From an uncultured bacterium (GTDB lineage: Bacteria > Oederibacteriota > JAAXVQ01 > JAUVAV01): a stretch of DNA of 64,000 bases. The DNA lies in assembly GCA_963710755.1 (NCBI GenBank), contig CAVQBK010000002.1, positions 96,001-160,000 on the forward strand, read 5' to 3'. The notes beneath the pieces are model-generated. The model was not told the DNA's origin. It worked only from the letters and a program-made list of their open reading frames with translations, and ran no database searches. Both the position numbers and the translations under genes were made by a program. This document shows, in pieces, positions 26,453 through 37,237 of the stretch; position 1 is the stretch's first letter, and every line of letters begins with the position of its first letter.

Positions 26453-27670
26453 TCATTGAGATAACCTAAGTCGAACAAACTTTCTTTTTCCTACTTGCAG
26501 GATCATACCGTCTTCGATTAAAATATCAGCATTTTTGTCATTACATTTTTTTTGACTGATTTGTACTGCTCCTTGTTGAATCATGCGTTGGGCTTCTCCA
26601 TTGCTGGAAACCAATTTAGTCATAGAAAGCAGCTTTATCAACCATATTTTTCCATCTTTTAAATCTGCTAAAGAAATTAAAAATTCGTCCATTTCATCGG
26701 GCAACCCACTGTTCTTAAAGATTCGGTCGAATTCCTCTTGAGCTTGATCTGCTTTTTGGGTGGAATGATATTGACTGACCAATTGGTGGGCCAGCCGTGC
26801 TTTTAAGTCGCGGGGATGGACCAAATTTTGATGGAATTGCTTTTGAACCGACTCCAAATCGTCTTGACCCAAATCGGTCAATAATTCATAATATTTGAGC
26901 ATCAAGGTGTCGGGAATGCTCATTATTTTTCCAAACATTTCTTTGGGGGCTTCAGTAACCCCGACGTAGTTGCCTAAACTTTTGGACATTTTCTGCACGC
27001 CATCCAATCCTTCCAACAGGGGCATGGCAATAATAACTTCCGGTGCTTGACCTTCCTCCTGTTGCAATGACCGGGCCACCAGGCAATTGAATAGTTGATC
27101 AGTACCGCATAGTTCAATATCTGATTTTAACACCACCGAATCATATCCTTGAATGAGGGGATAAAGGAACTCATGGACGCCAATAGGACGACCTTCTTTA
27201 AAGCGTTTTTCAAAATCATCGCGCTCCATGATTCTGGCCACGGTATAACGGGCAGCCAGTTTGATGACATCCGCAAAGGCCATGCCTTGACACCAGGTAC
27301 TGTTGTAAACGATTTCCGTCTTTTGGGGATCGAGAATTTTAAACACTTGTTCCTGATAAGTCCGGGCGTTTTGTTTTATCTGTTCAGGTGAAAGTGCAGG
27401 ACGGGTAGTCGAACGGCCGGTAGGATCACCAATCATGGCGGTAAAATCACCGATTAAAAATTGGATATGATGACCCAAGTCTTGGAGCTGTCGCAGTTTT
27501 CTTAACACTACTGTATGACCAAGATGAATATCCGGCGCCGAAGGATCGGCGCCATATTTAACTTTTAACGGCCGTTTGGTGTCTAATTTTTCTAATAATT
27601 CTTGTTCCCCTATAATTTCCGAGGTATGTTGTTTTATCAGCGATAAGGTGGCATTGGTTGACAATGGCAT
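26453..27670 (-). CDS. tyrS: Tyrosine--tRNA ligase
   Basis: GADPSAPDIHLGH, GDPTGRS, KMSKS, C-terminal S4 domain; ATG 27670 after AGGAG. Confidence 0.97.
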   Translation of the reverse strand: MPLSTNATLSLIKQHTSEIIGEQELLEKLDTKRPLKVKYGADPSAPDIHLGHTVVLRKLRQLQDLGHHIQFLIGDFTAMIGDPTGRSTTRPALSPEQIKQNARTYQEQVFKILDPQKTEIVYNSTWCQGMAFADVIKLAARYTVARIMERDDFEKRFKEGRPIGVHEFLYPLIQGYDSVVLKSDIELCGTDQLFNCLVARSLQQEEGQAPEVIIAMPLLEGLDGVQKMSKSLGNYVGVTEAPKEMFGKIMSIPDTLMLKYYELLTDLGQDDLESVQKQFHQNLVHPRDLKARLAHQLVSQYHSTQKADQAQEEFDRIFKNSGLPDEMDEFLISLADLKDGKIWLIKLLSMTKLVSSNGEAQRMIQQGAVQISQKKCNDKNADILIEDGMILQVGKRKFVRLRLSQ

Positions 27671-28117
27671 TAACTCCTGATGTAAAAGTTCCCCTTGCCA
27701 AGGCCGGGGCAATCTGAAGACGTCTGGAAATGGTTGTGAAGCTGTTATTTTTTTACCTTGGCCTATTTGGTGGTGACCAAAAAATGTTGGCTTACTCTAG
27801 CATTGGCGGATTGGTTTTTCAATGCAAAAATCGGACATCAGTCGCATGCATGGTCCGTCTAATTCGCGCCAACCAAGCCGCGCCTATTGGTGCAGAAGCA
27901 TTAAAAATCACAAGTCACCCCTGTATCATTTCAATCTAACCAATTTGGTTATATGATTAAGCATTATAACCGCTATTTTGTTGGCGTTTAAGCCAGTGCA
28001 AGGGTTCCTATCCAGCATTGGCCATGGCATGTTAAAATATTTTCCTTTTACTATAGGCGATGGTCTTTTTATGCTAAAATAACCACGATTATTTTTTATG
28101 GAGGATTTGTATTACCC

Positions 28118-30391
28118 ATGGGTTCCGATTTAACTCCCCAAGATAACGACCGCTCCTTTTCCGGAGATGATTTGGATTACTTAAGAGGCTCCAAACCTTC
28201 TTTTAAGCGACCACCTACAAACGATCAAAATGGACGCTGGACCTTTAAAAGGATTTTAATTCTTCTTATTTTCCTCGGTGGCAGCATCCTGGCAGGTATT
28301 GGGTTTGGGATCATTGTCACCTATTTGGGTGAAATCCCCCTGGTCTCCGATCTCAAAGCTTATAAACCTTCCCTCTCCACCAAAATCTATGACTGCCATG
28401 GTCAATTGATTACAGAGCTTTTTTCCGAAAAGCGCACGCTCATCAGTATGGATGATGTCCCGGATAATATGAAAAATGCCATTATTGCCATTGAAGACAA
28501 TAATTTTTATCACCACTTCGGCGTTGATTTCGGTGGTGTTATCCGCTCGGCCATTACCAACATTGTGCGCGGCAGTTACAGTCAGGGCTTCTCTACGATT
28601 ACCATGCAACTTCCCAGGAACATGTTTCTAACCAGGGAAAAAACCATTGAGCGCAAAATCAAGGAAATTTTACTGGCTTTTCAAATCGAACGCACCTATA
28701 CCAAACGGGAAATTTTGGAAATGTATTTGAACCAGATATATTTGGGAAGTGGCGCCTACGGTATCGAAGCCGCGGCCAGAAAATATTTTGGCAAACATGC
28801 CAAAGATCTCAACTTGCCTGAAGCCGCACTAATTGCCGGACTGCCGCGGGCACCCAACGGCTATAATCCTTATCGCTATCCAGACCGGGCTTTGAAACGG
28901 CGTAATTTGGTGCTTACCCAGATGCAACGGTTGGGCTACATTTCCCAGGAAGAAGCTATTCAAGCCAAGAATACGCCACTCACTTTATCGTCAGTGGATG
29001 TTTCCGATGCACCTTATTTTGTCGAATATGTGCGCCAGCAGCTGGAAGAACGCTATGGCAGCAACGCCATTTACCGTTCCGGCTTAAAAGTGTTCACCAC
29101 GCTCGATCTAAATATGCAACGGATGGCCCAAGATGCCATGAATGAGGGCATCTTGGATGCAGAAGCCATTATTAAACCACATTTACAAAACACCCCTGGG
29201 CAAACCCCGGAAACCGTCCAATGTGCCTTGGTCCTGATTGAACCTGCCACTGGAGAAATCAAAGCATTGATAGGCGGCCGCGATTTCCAAGAGAGCAAAT
29301 TCAATCGCGCCGTTCAGGCCGAGCGTCAGCCCGGGTCAGCCTTCAAACCCTTTGTCTATGCAACGGCTTTCAAACAGGGCTATACCCAGGCTGATATTAT
29401 TTTAGATACCCCCGTGGTATTCAAAGATGATCTGGGCAAAGTGTGGAAACCGGAAAATTTTTCCAACCGCTTTTTCGGCCCCACCACCTTACGAACAGCT
29501 TTGACGCACTCACGCAATGTGGTTACCGTTAAATTGCTGGACAAAATCGGGGTAAATAATGTCATCAAAACCGCCCGGTTAATGGGGATTAAAAGCCCCC
29601 TCAAACCTTTTCTGACACTAGCCTTGGGGGCATCGGAAGTCAATTTGTTGGAGCTGGTCTCTGCTTATGGTGCCTTTCCTAACCGAGGCATCCGGGTGGA
29701 GCCCTACAGCATTATGCGCGTGGAAGATTCCAACGGCCGAATTCTGGAGGACAAGACGCCCTTGCGGGAAGAAGCGCTGGACGAGGCTACAGCCAGCATT
29801 ATGTGTAATGTACTTCAAAATGTTGTTAATCATGGCACGGGTTACACAGCCCGGCGTATGGGGTTCAAACCGCCGGCTGGAGGTAAGACCGGCACCACCA
29901 ATGATTTTACCGATGGTTGGTTTCTGGGTTTTACCAGTGAATATGTTGCCGGCGTTTGGATAGGTCTGGATTCCCACAACAGTATGGGCCGCGGTGTAAC
30001 CGGAGGCCGGGTAGCCTGTCCCATTTGGACCAAGTTAATGCTCAAACTTTACCAGGACCACACACCTCCCAACTTCACCTCCCCCGACAGCGTGGAATCC
30101 GTAGATTTTTGCAAACTTTCAGGTCTTCTGGCCAATGATGCCTGTGGCAAATATAGAACCACCGGAGCCTTTGCTATCGGAACCGCCCCTACGCAACATT
30201 GCGATCTTCATCCTGACCACGGGTTGCCTGGAAGCAATGGCCTGAACTTGAATATGTCGCCTGACTTAGCGGATGTAAACTCGGACAGCGAAACAGGGGA
30301 AACGGGCAATACCTCCTCTCCTGGCCCCAGTAGCAGATCCTCTTCCCCGGCGCCGGCCAAAAACAGTCCTGGCCGCCCACCGATGTTCTAA
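28118..30391 (+). CDS. mrcA: Class A penicillin-binding protein 1A
   Basis: TM helix; GT51 EDNNFYHHFG, STITMQL, RKIKE; transpeptidase SAFK, SRN, KTG. Confidence 0.93.
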   Translation: MGSDLTPQDNDRSFSGDDLDYLRGSKPSFKRPPTNDQNGRWTFKRILILLIFLGGSILAGIGFGIIVTYLGEIPLVSDLKAYKPSLSTKIYDCHGQLITELFSEKRTLISMDDVPDNMKNAIIAIEDNNFYHHFGVDFGGVIRSAITNIVRGSYSQGFSTITMQLPRNMFLTREKTIERKIKEILLAFQIERTYTKREILEMYLNQIYLGSGAYGIEAAARKYFGKHAKDLNLPEAALIAGLPRAPNGYNPYRYPDRALKRRNLVLTQMQRLGYISQEEAIQAKNTPLTLSSVDVSDAPYFVEYVRQQLEERYGSNAIYRSGLKVFTTLDLNMQRMAQDAMNEGILDAEAIIKPHLQNTPGQTPETVQCALVLIEPATGEIKALIGGRDFQESKFNRAVQAERQPGSAFKPFVYATAFKQGYTQADIILDTPVVFKDDLGKVWKPENFSNRFFGPTTLRTALTHSRNVVTVKLLDKIGVNNVIKTARLMGIKSPLKPFLTLALGASEVNLLELVSAYGAFPNRGIRVEPYSIMRVEDSNGRILEDKTPLREEALDEATASIMCNVLQNVVNHGTGYTARRMGFKPPAGGKTGTTNDFTDGWFLGFTSEYVAGVWIGLDSHNSMGRGVTGGRVACPIWTKLMLKLYQDHTPPNFTSPDSVESVDFCKLSGLLANDACGKYRTTGAFAIGTAPTQHCDLHPDHGLPGSNGLNLNMSPDLADVNSDSETGETGNTSSPGPSSRSSSPAPAKNSPGRPPMF

Positions 30392-30886
30392 GCCGGTAAA
30401 GCCGGAAATAAATATCATTCCCATGCATACCCTACGGGTTAAGCCCCAAAGACGCAAAGTTAAAGGCTTTCTAAAATACTTAATATTTTTTGCCTTGCTT
30501 GGTGTACGTTAATTACTTCGTTCTTGCGTTATGACATTTCATCAGGAATGTAAGAAAGAAATATTCTTGATCTTACCGAATCTCCTTGTATATAAGTTAT
30601 ATAAAGTGGACAACGTGTTGCTATAATTGAAATTTTTTCCAACAACAAGAACTAACGACTCATGACCAACCCGGACTTAGCCACGAATAAGGAAAAGTGC
30701 AAAGGTAAAAGAAATCAGCAGCTAGATTTCGTGTCTCCAAGATCTACGTCTTTAGCAAAGATACTAGTCTTTCCCTCCCACCTCTGGTATAAGAAATGGT
30801 CGCGACCGTTCCCTACAAACGAACAGAAGGATTTTATTAACTGCAGAAATACGCCGATTTTGTGGACCTGGTAAAAGGAAATAGGT

Positions 30887-30924
30887 AAAAAAAAACCCTG
30901 CCATCAAAATGATGGCAGGGTTTT
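30887..30924 (-). terminator. Intrinsic terminator of ppdK
   Basis: A9-CCCTGCCATC-AAAAT-GATGGCAGGG-TTTT. Confidence 0.85.
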
Positions 30925-30936
30925 GAGTTTACTCCC

Positions 30937-33735
30937 TTATTTCTTTTTGACGCTTTTTTTAGCGGTTTTAACTGCTTTTTTAACCACTTTTTTAGCGGCT
31001 TTTTTTGCCGTGGTTGCAGATTTTTTCACGCTTTTCTTGGCGCCGACATTTGCCGCCTTCTCATCCAATACAGCATGGGCTGCTGCCAACCGGGCAATGG
31101 GCACCCGATAAGGCGAGCAGGAGACATAAGCTAAGCCTACTTGGTGGCAAAATTTAACTGACGCCGGATCACCGCCGTGTTCTCCGCAAATGCCCAATTT
31201 AATATTGGGCCTTACAGAACGGCCTTTGTCCACGGCCATGCGTACCAATTGGCCAACACCCTTGACATCCAGAGTCTGGAAAGGGTCTTTCTCCATGATT
31301 TTTTCATCCATGTACTGAGTAATGATTCTGCCGGTGTCATCACGGGAGAATCCAAAGGTGGTTTGAGTTAAATCGTTAGTACCGAAAGAAAAGAATTCCG
31401 CTTCCTGGGCAATTTCATCGGCAGTCACCGCGGCCCGGGGCAGTTCGATCATGGTGCCAATGGAATATTTAAACTTGGCTCCTTGTTCCTTCTTCACCTG
31501 AGCAAGCACTTTTTCAGCAAGGGCTTTTTGGTTTTTCAGCTCATTGACATTGCCCACCAGGGGAATCATGATTTCCGGCACAACCTGATTGCCTTCGGCA
31601 TTACAGGCAGCAGCTGCTTCCGCAATGGCCCGCACCTGCATTTCCGTGATTTCCGGATAGGCAATCCCCAACCGGCAGCCGCGATGGCCTAGCATGGGGT
31701 TGAGTTCGTGTAGTTGGCTGACCCGTTCCAGCAGTCTCTTCTTTTCCGCCAAGGACGGATCATTGGGATTGGAAACTTCCATTCTGGCAATCTCAACCAT
31801 CAACTCTTCGCGTTTGGGCAGGAATTCATGCAGAGGCGGATCAAGCAAGCGGATGGTGACCGGATAGCCTTTCATGCTGTCGAACAAGCCTTTGAAATCA
31901 CTGCGCTGCATGGGCAGCAATTTTTCCAAAGCTACGCGCCGGCCGTCTACGTCCTTGGCCAAGATCATGGCTTGCATATGGGGCAGGCGGTCTTCCGCAA
32001 AAAACATATGTTCCGTACGGCAAAGACCAATACCTTCGGCGCCAAACCCACGGGCGCGTTCGGCATCACGGGGAATATCGGCATTGGCGCGGACCCGGAG
32101 CTTGCGCACTTGATCCACCCAACCCATAAATTCGTCGAACTCAGCGGAGAATTCAGGATCCTTGGTAGGCACTTTGCCTTCAATCACCCTGCCGGTACCA
32201 CCATCCAAGGTAATCCAATCACCTTCGTGAAAAACTTTACCGTTGGCTTCAAAAGCATTGCCTTCTTCATTGATGCGGATATCTTCGCAACCCGCCACGC
32301 AGCATTTGCCCATCCCGCGGGCCACAACCGCCGCGTGCGACGTCATGCCGCCGCGAGCAGTTAAGATCCCTCGGGCGACTTCCATGCCGTGGATATCATC
32401 AGGCGACGTTTCTTCACGAACCAGAATCACATCCTCATCTTTTTCCTCAGCCCAACGCACAGCCTCTTCCGCCGTGAAAACCACGCGGCCGGCACCTGCT
32501 CCAGGAGAGGCCGCCAAGCCCTTGGCCACCACCGTGACACTGGCCTTGGGATCAATGATAGGATGGAGTAATTGATCCAATTGTGACGGTTCCACCCGTT
32601 TAATGGCCTGTTCTTTGGTGATCAATTTTTCCTTCACCATTTCTACGGCAATGCGCACCGCTGCAGCAGCCGTCCTCTTGCCAGTCCTGGTCTGAAGCAT
32701 GAAAAGTTTTCCCTTTTCAATGGTAAATTCGAAATCTTGAACATCGCGGTAATGTTTTTCCAATTTTTTGGTGATGGTGTGCAACTGTTTGAAGACATTG
32801 GGCATTTCTTCTTCCAATTTGGCAATCGGCTGCGGGGTACGAACACCGGCAACCACATCTTCACCTTGAGCATTAGTAAGGTATTCCCCATAAAAGATAT
32901 TTTCGCCAGTGGAAGGATTGCGGGTAAAACCCACACCCGTGCCGGAATCATAGCCCATGTTGCCAAAGACCATGGCTTGAATATTAACACCTGTACCCAG
33001 GTTACCAGGAATATCGTTCATTTTGCGGTAATAAATAGCGCGATCATTGTTCCAGGAGCGAAAGACGGCATCACGAGCCATAAACATTTGTTGCATGGGA
33101 TCTTGAGGGAAATCATGACCCGATTCATCGCGGGTTATTTTTTTGAAGACCATGATGAGATCCTTCAAATTTTCGGCCGTCAGATCGGTGTCCAGTTTAG
33201 CGCCCACTTCGGCTTTTTTGGCACTTAGGGCTTTCTCATAAACTTCTTTCTCGATTTCCAGAACCACGTTGCCGAACATTTGCAGAAAACGGCGGTAACT
33301 GTCATAGGCAAAACGGTCATTGCCCGTGGACGCCGCCAAGCCTTGGACAGTCACATCGTTAAGCCCAAGGTTTAAAATAGTATCCATCATACCGGGCATG
33401 GAAAATTTGGCGCCTGAACGAACGGAGAGAAGCAGCGGACTTTTCGGGTCGCCGAATTTTTTACCCATGGCTTTTTCAATCTTGACTAAGTTGGTCTTGA
33501 TTTCATCATTTAAGCCCGCAGGTACTTTGCGATTATTGGCATAATAGAGATTGCAGGTTTCCGTGGTGATGGTCATCCCCGGAGGAACCGGGACGCCAGC
33601 GTTGGTCATTTCCGCCAACCCCGCGCCTTTGCCGCCCAAGAGTTCCTTCATGTCACCATTGCCTTCAGCTTTCCCGTTACCGAAAAAATAAACAAATTTT
33701 TTCTTACTGGCTGCGCTTTTTACCTGTTTAGCCAT
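30937..33735 (-). CDS. ppdK: Pyruvate, phosphate dikinase with a Lys-rich C-terminal tail
   Basis: LLGGKGAGLAEM, SVRSGA, GGMTSHAAVVARG, GLCRTEHMF, SFGTNDLTQ; ATG 33735 after GGGGT RBS. Confidence 0.97.
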   Translation of the reverse strand: MAKQVKSAASKKKFVYFFGNGKAEGNGDMKELLGGKGAGLAEMTNAGVPVPPGMTITTETCNLYYANNRKVPAGLNDEIKTNLVKIEKAMGKKFGDPKSPLLLSVRSGAKFSMPGMMDTILNLGLNDVTVQGLAASTGNDRFAYDSYRRFLQMFGNVVLEIEKEVYEKALSAKKAEVGAKLDTDLTAENLKDLIMVFKKITRDESGHDFPQDPMQQMFMARDAVFRSWNNDRAIYYRKMNDIPGNLGTGVNIQAMVFGNMGYDSGTGVGFTRNPSTGENIFYGEYLTNAQGEDVVAGVRTPQPIAKLEEEMPNVFKQLHTITKKLEKHYRDVQDFEFTIEKGKLFMLQTRTGKRTAAAAVRIAVEMVKEKLITKEQAIKRVEPSQLDQLLHPIIDPKASVTVVAKGLAASPGAGAGRVVFTAEEAVRWAEEKDEDVILVREETSPDDIHGMEVARGILTARGGMTSHAAVVARGMGKCCVAGCEDIRINEEGNAFEANGKVFHEGDWITLDGGTGRVIEGKVPTKDPEFSAEFDEFMGWVDQVRKLRVRANADIPRDAERARGFGAEGIGLCRTEHMFFAEDRLPHMQAMILAKDVDGRRVALEKLLPMQRSDFKGLFDSMKGYPVTIRLLDPPLHEFLPKREELMVEIARMEVSNPNDPSLAEKKRLLERVSQLHELNPMLGHRGCRLGIAYPEITEMQVRAIAEAAAACNAEGNQVVPEIMIPLVGNVNELKNQKALAEKVLAQVKKEQGAKFKYSIGTMIELPRAAVTADEIAQEAEFFSFGTNDLTQTTFGFSRDDTGRIITQYMDEKIMEKDPFQTLDVKGVGQLVRMAVDKGRSVRPNIKLGICGEHGGDPASVKFCHQVGLAYVSCSPYRVPIARLAAAHAVLDEKAANVGAKKSVKKSATTAKKAAKKVVKKAVKTAKKSVKKK

Positions 33736-34021
33736 CCTATGATTTACCCCTTCCTTAAAATTAGTATTTTCCCTGTTGTAAAAACAGGAATGGTTGTTCC
33801 ATAAAGATGCGTCTTGATTGGTTGTAGGGAGCGAACTGTTCCGCTGCTGAGGATTACGTTTTGAGGCCTTACCTCTTTTGGTCTTCTTTAGGTTAATCTG
33901 GTCAGGCGCTAAAAGGCCACCATTGGGCGCCATTACCCCTGAAAATCGCGCAATTTTAACATGTGGACTCTATTCTATTCAAGTCTTTTTAGTTTATTTT
34001 TAGGCATCATGATTAATTGGT

Positions 34022-36118
34022 TCAGCCTTTGATCACCAGTTTGGAAAAATCGGCCAAAGACCAAATAACCACGGCTAAATTGGTTAGAAAATTCAGACGG
34101 TTGGTTCTGATTGCACGATCCTGATCCATGACCATGACCTGATCAAAATAACCATCAATAGCCGGTTTGAGCGCCGCCAAGGCAGCAAAACCAGAACGAT
34201 AGTCCGCTTGTGCTGCCATTTCTGCCACGGCTTGTCCCACGGTTTGATAGTGCTCATATAAGTCCTTTTCAATGGGCGCTTGAAAAAGATCGGGCGATAC
34301 CGGCAGCGGCTCTTGTTCGGGAGAAACCACCCGTCCAACACTTTTGGGCAGAATATTGACCACACGGGAAAAGGACACCACTGTCTCATTAAACGAATCA
34401 TTCTGTCTTATGGCCTGAAAAGCTTCGGCTTTCTGCACCACGGCGGTCATATCATCCCACCAAACCCCGAGCACTGCTTGAATGAGATCAGGCGGCAGTT
34501 GACGGTTGGCGAGCTCGGTTTCCAACCGTCCTTGAATGAAAGCTTTTAAACCCTCCAGTATTTCCAGGTGCTGCGGCTCAAATTGGCTAAAAGCTGCAAT
34601 AGCTGTGCTTAGCGCCTGACGCAGTGAATAATGATACCCAGCCTGCAAGGAAATAGCGATCAAGCCTTGCGCCGCGCGCCTCAGCGCATAAGGATCTTTG
34701 GTCCCAGTCGGTGCAAAGCCAGCACCCCAGCAGCCCACCAGATTATCCAAACGTTCAGCCAGGGCCAAGAGGCGACCGGCAGGGCTTTGCGGCAACTGAT
34801 CCACAGCCCCGCGGGGCAAATAATGTTCCTCGATGGCCAAGGCCACCTCCGGTCTTGCACCTTGCTTCAAAGCATAGTGTCCGCCCATATAACCTTGTAA
34901 CCCATTGTACTCTTTTTCCTGAATCATATTGGTAATCAGGTCGGCTTTACACAAATGGGCTGCGGCGACCGCATCAGCTTGACTGGAGGGTTCCAGTTGC
35001 TCCGCCAGGTAGGCGCTTAGTCTTTCCAAACGGTTGGTTTTATCCAACAAATGTCCCAGCCCTTTGATCCACAATACCCGGTCCAGTTGTGCCACCCGAT
35101 CCTCCAGGGGCACCTTCAGGTCTTCCTTATAAAAAAATTCTGCATCCTTAAGACGAGCTCGCAACACATTTTCACACCCTGGTTGCATGCGGCCGGCTTG
35201 GCCAAAGGGGTTGTCATGAATCATAATAAAGTTGGGCAACAGGCTGTTGTCCGCTTTTTCCATCGCAAAATAACGTTGGTGCTCGCGCATGGCCGTGGTG
35301 ATAATCTCTTTGGGCATAGCCATAAAAGAGGCGTCAATATGACCTACCACTGCGCCCGGCCATTCGGTCATTAGGCAGACCATTTCCAGCAACTCCTCAT
35401 CTTCCACCAGCGCGCCTTGCCATTGGGCCGCTTCCTGATGTAAAAGCTCTCGGATATGTTCTTTGCGTTTCTCGCTGGAGAGCAAGACATAGCTATGATC
35501 CATAGTCTCTAAATAATGTGCCCTATTGGCAATCGCATCCAAGGGGGCTGCCAACAAGGGATGACCTTGTGTGATCCTGCCTGCAAAGACATCCGCAAAA
35601 GCCACCGGCACCACCTCCTCCCCCAACAAGGCCAATAACCAGCGTACCGGTCTGGCAAACCTGTCCCCCGAAGCTTCCCAGCGCATCGATTTGGGAAAAG
35701 TAATTTGTTTAATGACCCCATTCAACAAGGGTGGCAGGAGCTCCAGGGTAGGCTGCCCCTTTTCTTCCACTTCGGCGTATAATCGTTCGTTTTTAATTTG
35801 CAGTTGAGAGAGGGCGAGTCCGGCCTTCTTACAAAACCCTTGACCTGCAGGGCTGAGTTGACCGTCGGCTTGAAAAGCAATAGTCTGTTTGGGACCTAAA
35901 ACTTCCTTGATGCGGTCTGGTTGTTGAACATCGAGCCCTCGGACCATGAGCACCAGACGTCTGGGCGTGGCCTCGGCGGTTATGCTTTCAAACCCCAAAC
36001 GGTGCTCGATCAGGGCTTTACCCAGATGGGCTTTCATCTGGGCCAAAGCCGGCCTGATATAGGTGACCGGAAGTTCTTCACAGCCAATTTCAAAAAGTAA
36101 GTCCTGTTTGTTCATCAC
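34022..36118 (-). CDS. glyS: Glycine--tRNA ligase beta subunit
   Basis: LLFEIGCEELP, TPRRL, FPKSMRW, RPVRW, ARLKDAEFF, KDPYALRR, C-terminal DALR domain. Confidence 0.96.
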   Translation of the reverse strand: MMNKQDLLFEIGCEELPVTYIRPALAQMKAHLGKALIEHRLGFESITAEATPRRLVLMVRGLDVQQPDRIKEVLGPKQTIAFQADGQLSPAGQGFCKKAGLALSQLQIKNERLYAEVEEKGQPTLELLPPLLNGVIKQITFPKSMRWEASGDRFARPVRWLLALLGEEVVPVAFADVFAGRITQGHPLLAAPLDAIANRAHYLETMDHSYVLLSSEKRKEHIRELLHQEAAQWQGALVEDEELLEMVCLMTEWPGAVVGHIDASFMAMPKEIITTAMREHQRYFAMEKADNSLLPNFIMIHDNPFGQAGRMQPGCENVLRARLKDAEFFYKEDLKVPLEDRVAQLDRVLWIKGLGHLLDKTNRLERLSAYLAEQLEPSSQADAVAAAHLCKADLITNMIQEKEYNGLQGYMGGHYALKQGARPEVALAIEEHYLPRGAVDQLPQSPAGRLLALAERLDNLVGCWGAGFAPTGTKDPYALRRAAQGLIAISLQAGYHYSLRQALSTAIAAFSQFEPQHLEILEGLKAFIQGRLETELANRQLPPDLIQAVLGVWWDDMTAVVQKAEAFQAIRQNDSFNETVVSFSRVVNILPKSVGRVVSPEQEPLPVSPDLFQAPIEKDLYEHYQTVGQAVAEMAAQADYRSGFAALAALKPAIDGYFDQVMVMDQDRAIRTNRLNFLTNLAVVIWSLADFSKLVIKG

Positions 36119-36355
36119 TTTTTCCTCATGATCAGGTTATTTGGTTTGTGTCTCCAAAATCTACGTTTTTTGCGAAATAATTTCCTTAACTTCCAGCCTT
36201 GTGGAAGGTAGGAGCTCGAAATTTTTAGCTCTTACCCTTAAAGTAGATTACAAAGGAAGACAAACCATATTCCTATCTTTAACTTTGCATCCTTTACGGC
36301 TGCTTGTATCCGATATGGGTATGGATGCTAAATAGTAGTTATTCGGCAACAGAGC

Positions 36356-37228
36356 CTATTTATTTTTAAGCAGCGGATAGCCCAAGGCTTCACGATGATC
36401 AATGTAAGCCTGGGCACAACGCTTGGCTAGATTGCGAAGACGGGTAATATACCCCACTCTTTCGGTCACCGAGATGGCACCGCGGGCATCAAGAAGATTA
36501 AACAGGTGGGAACTTTTCACCAAATGGTCATAGGCCGGCAAGACTAATCCTGCTTCAATCAAACGCATAGTCTCGTTCTCCATACTGGCAAATCCCTGGA
36601 AGAGGACTTGGGGATCGGAGGCCTCAAAATTAAACCGCGACCATTGCACCTCATTGGCATGATACAAATCCCCATAACTAATGCCCTTGCCCCATTCAAT
36701 AGCAAACATGGAGTTGACCTGTTGGAGGAACATGGCGATCCGCTCCAGGCCATAGGTGATTTCCAAGGTGATGGGATTCAACTCCATGGAGCCCATTTGC
36801 TGAAAATAGGTAAACTGGGTAATCTCCAGTCCATCCAGCCATACCTGCCATCCCAAACCGCCAGCACCCAGAGTGGGCGATTCCCAATCATCTTCAGTGA
36901 AACGAATGTCATGGTCTTCAATGGCCAATCCCAAAGCCTTCAAACTGGCCCGATACAACGCCTGACTATTGGAAGGTGCTGGTTTCATAATCACTTGAAA
37001 CTGAAAATAGTGTTGGCCACGATTAGGATTGTCGCCATAGCGCCCATCCTTAGGACGCCGACAGGGTTCCACATTGGCCGACGCCCATGGTTCCGGCCCC
37101 AATACCCGCAAAAAGGTCGCCGGGTTGAAGGTGGATGCCCCTTTTTCCAAATCATAAGGCTGAACCACCAAGCATCCTTGTTCGGCCCAAAAGTGTTGTA
37201 ACGTTTGAATAATATCCTGAAATGTCAT
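36356..37228 (-). CDS. glyQ: Glycine--tRNA ligase alpha subunit
   Basis: [45 protein letters not shown]; ATG 37228 after AGGAG. Confidence 0.97.
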   Translation of the reverse strand: MTFQDIIQTLQHFWAEQGCLVVQPYDLEKGASTFNPATFLRVLGPEPWASANVEPCRRPKDGRYGDNPNRGQHYFQFQVIMKPAPSNSQALYRASLKALGLAIEDHDIRFTEDDWESPTLGAGGLGWQVWLDGLEITQFTYFQQMGSMELNPITLEITYGLERIAMFLQQVNSMFAIEWGKGISYGDLYHANEVQWSRFNFEASDPQVLFQGFASMENETMRLIEAGLVLPAYDHLVKSSHLFNLLDARGAISVTERVGYITRLRNLAKRCAQAYIDHREALGYPLLKNK

Positions 37229-37237
37229 GCCCACTCC

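Noticed and set aside
33890-33912. glmS ribozyme-like AGCGCCTG on the minus strand
   Set aside because: The conserved GACGAGG core is absent and the downstream gene is ppdK.
33736-33933. N-terminal extensions in the ORF track (ppdK; likewise ligA, recO, nifU, rplA, ybeY)
   Set aside because: Family-typical starts with a good RBS lie downstream; the extensions are open upstream sequence.
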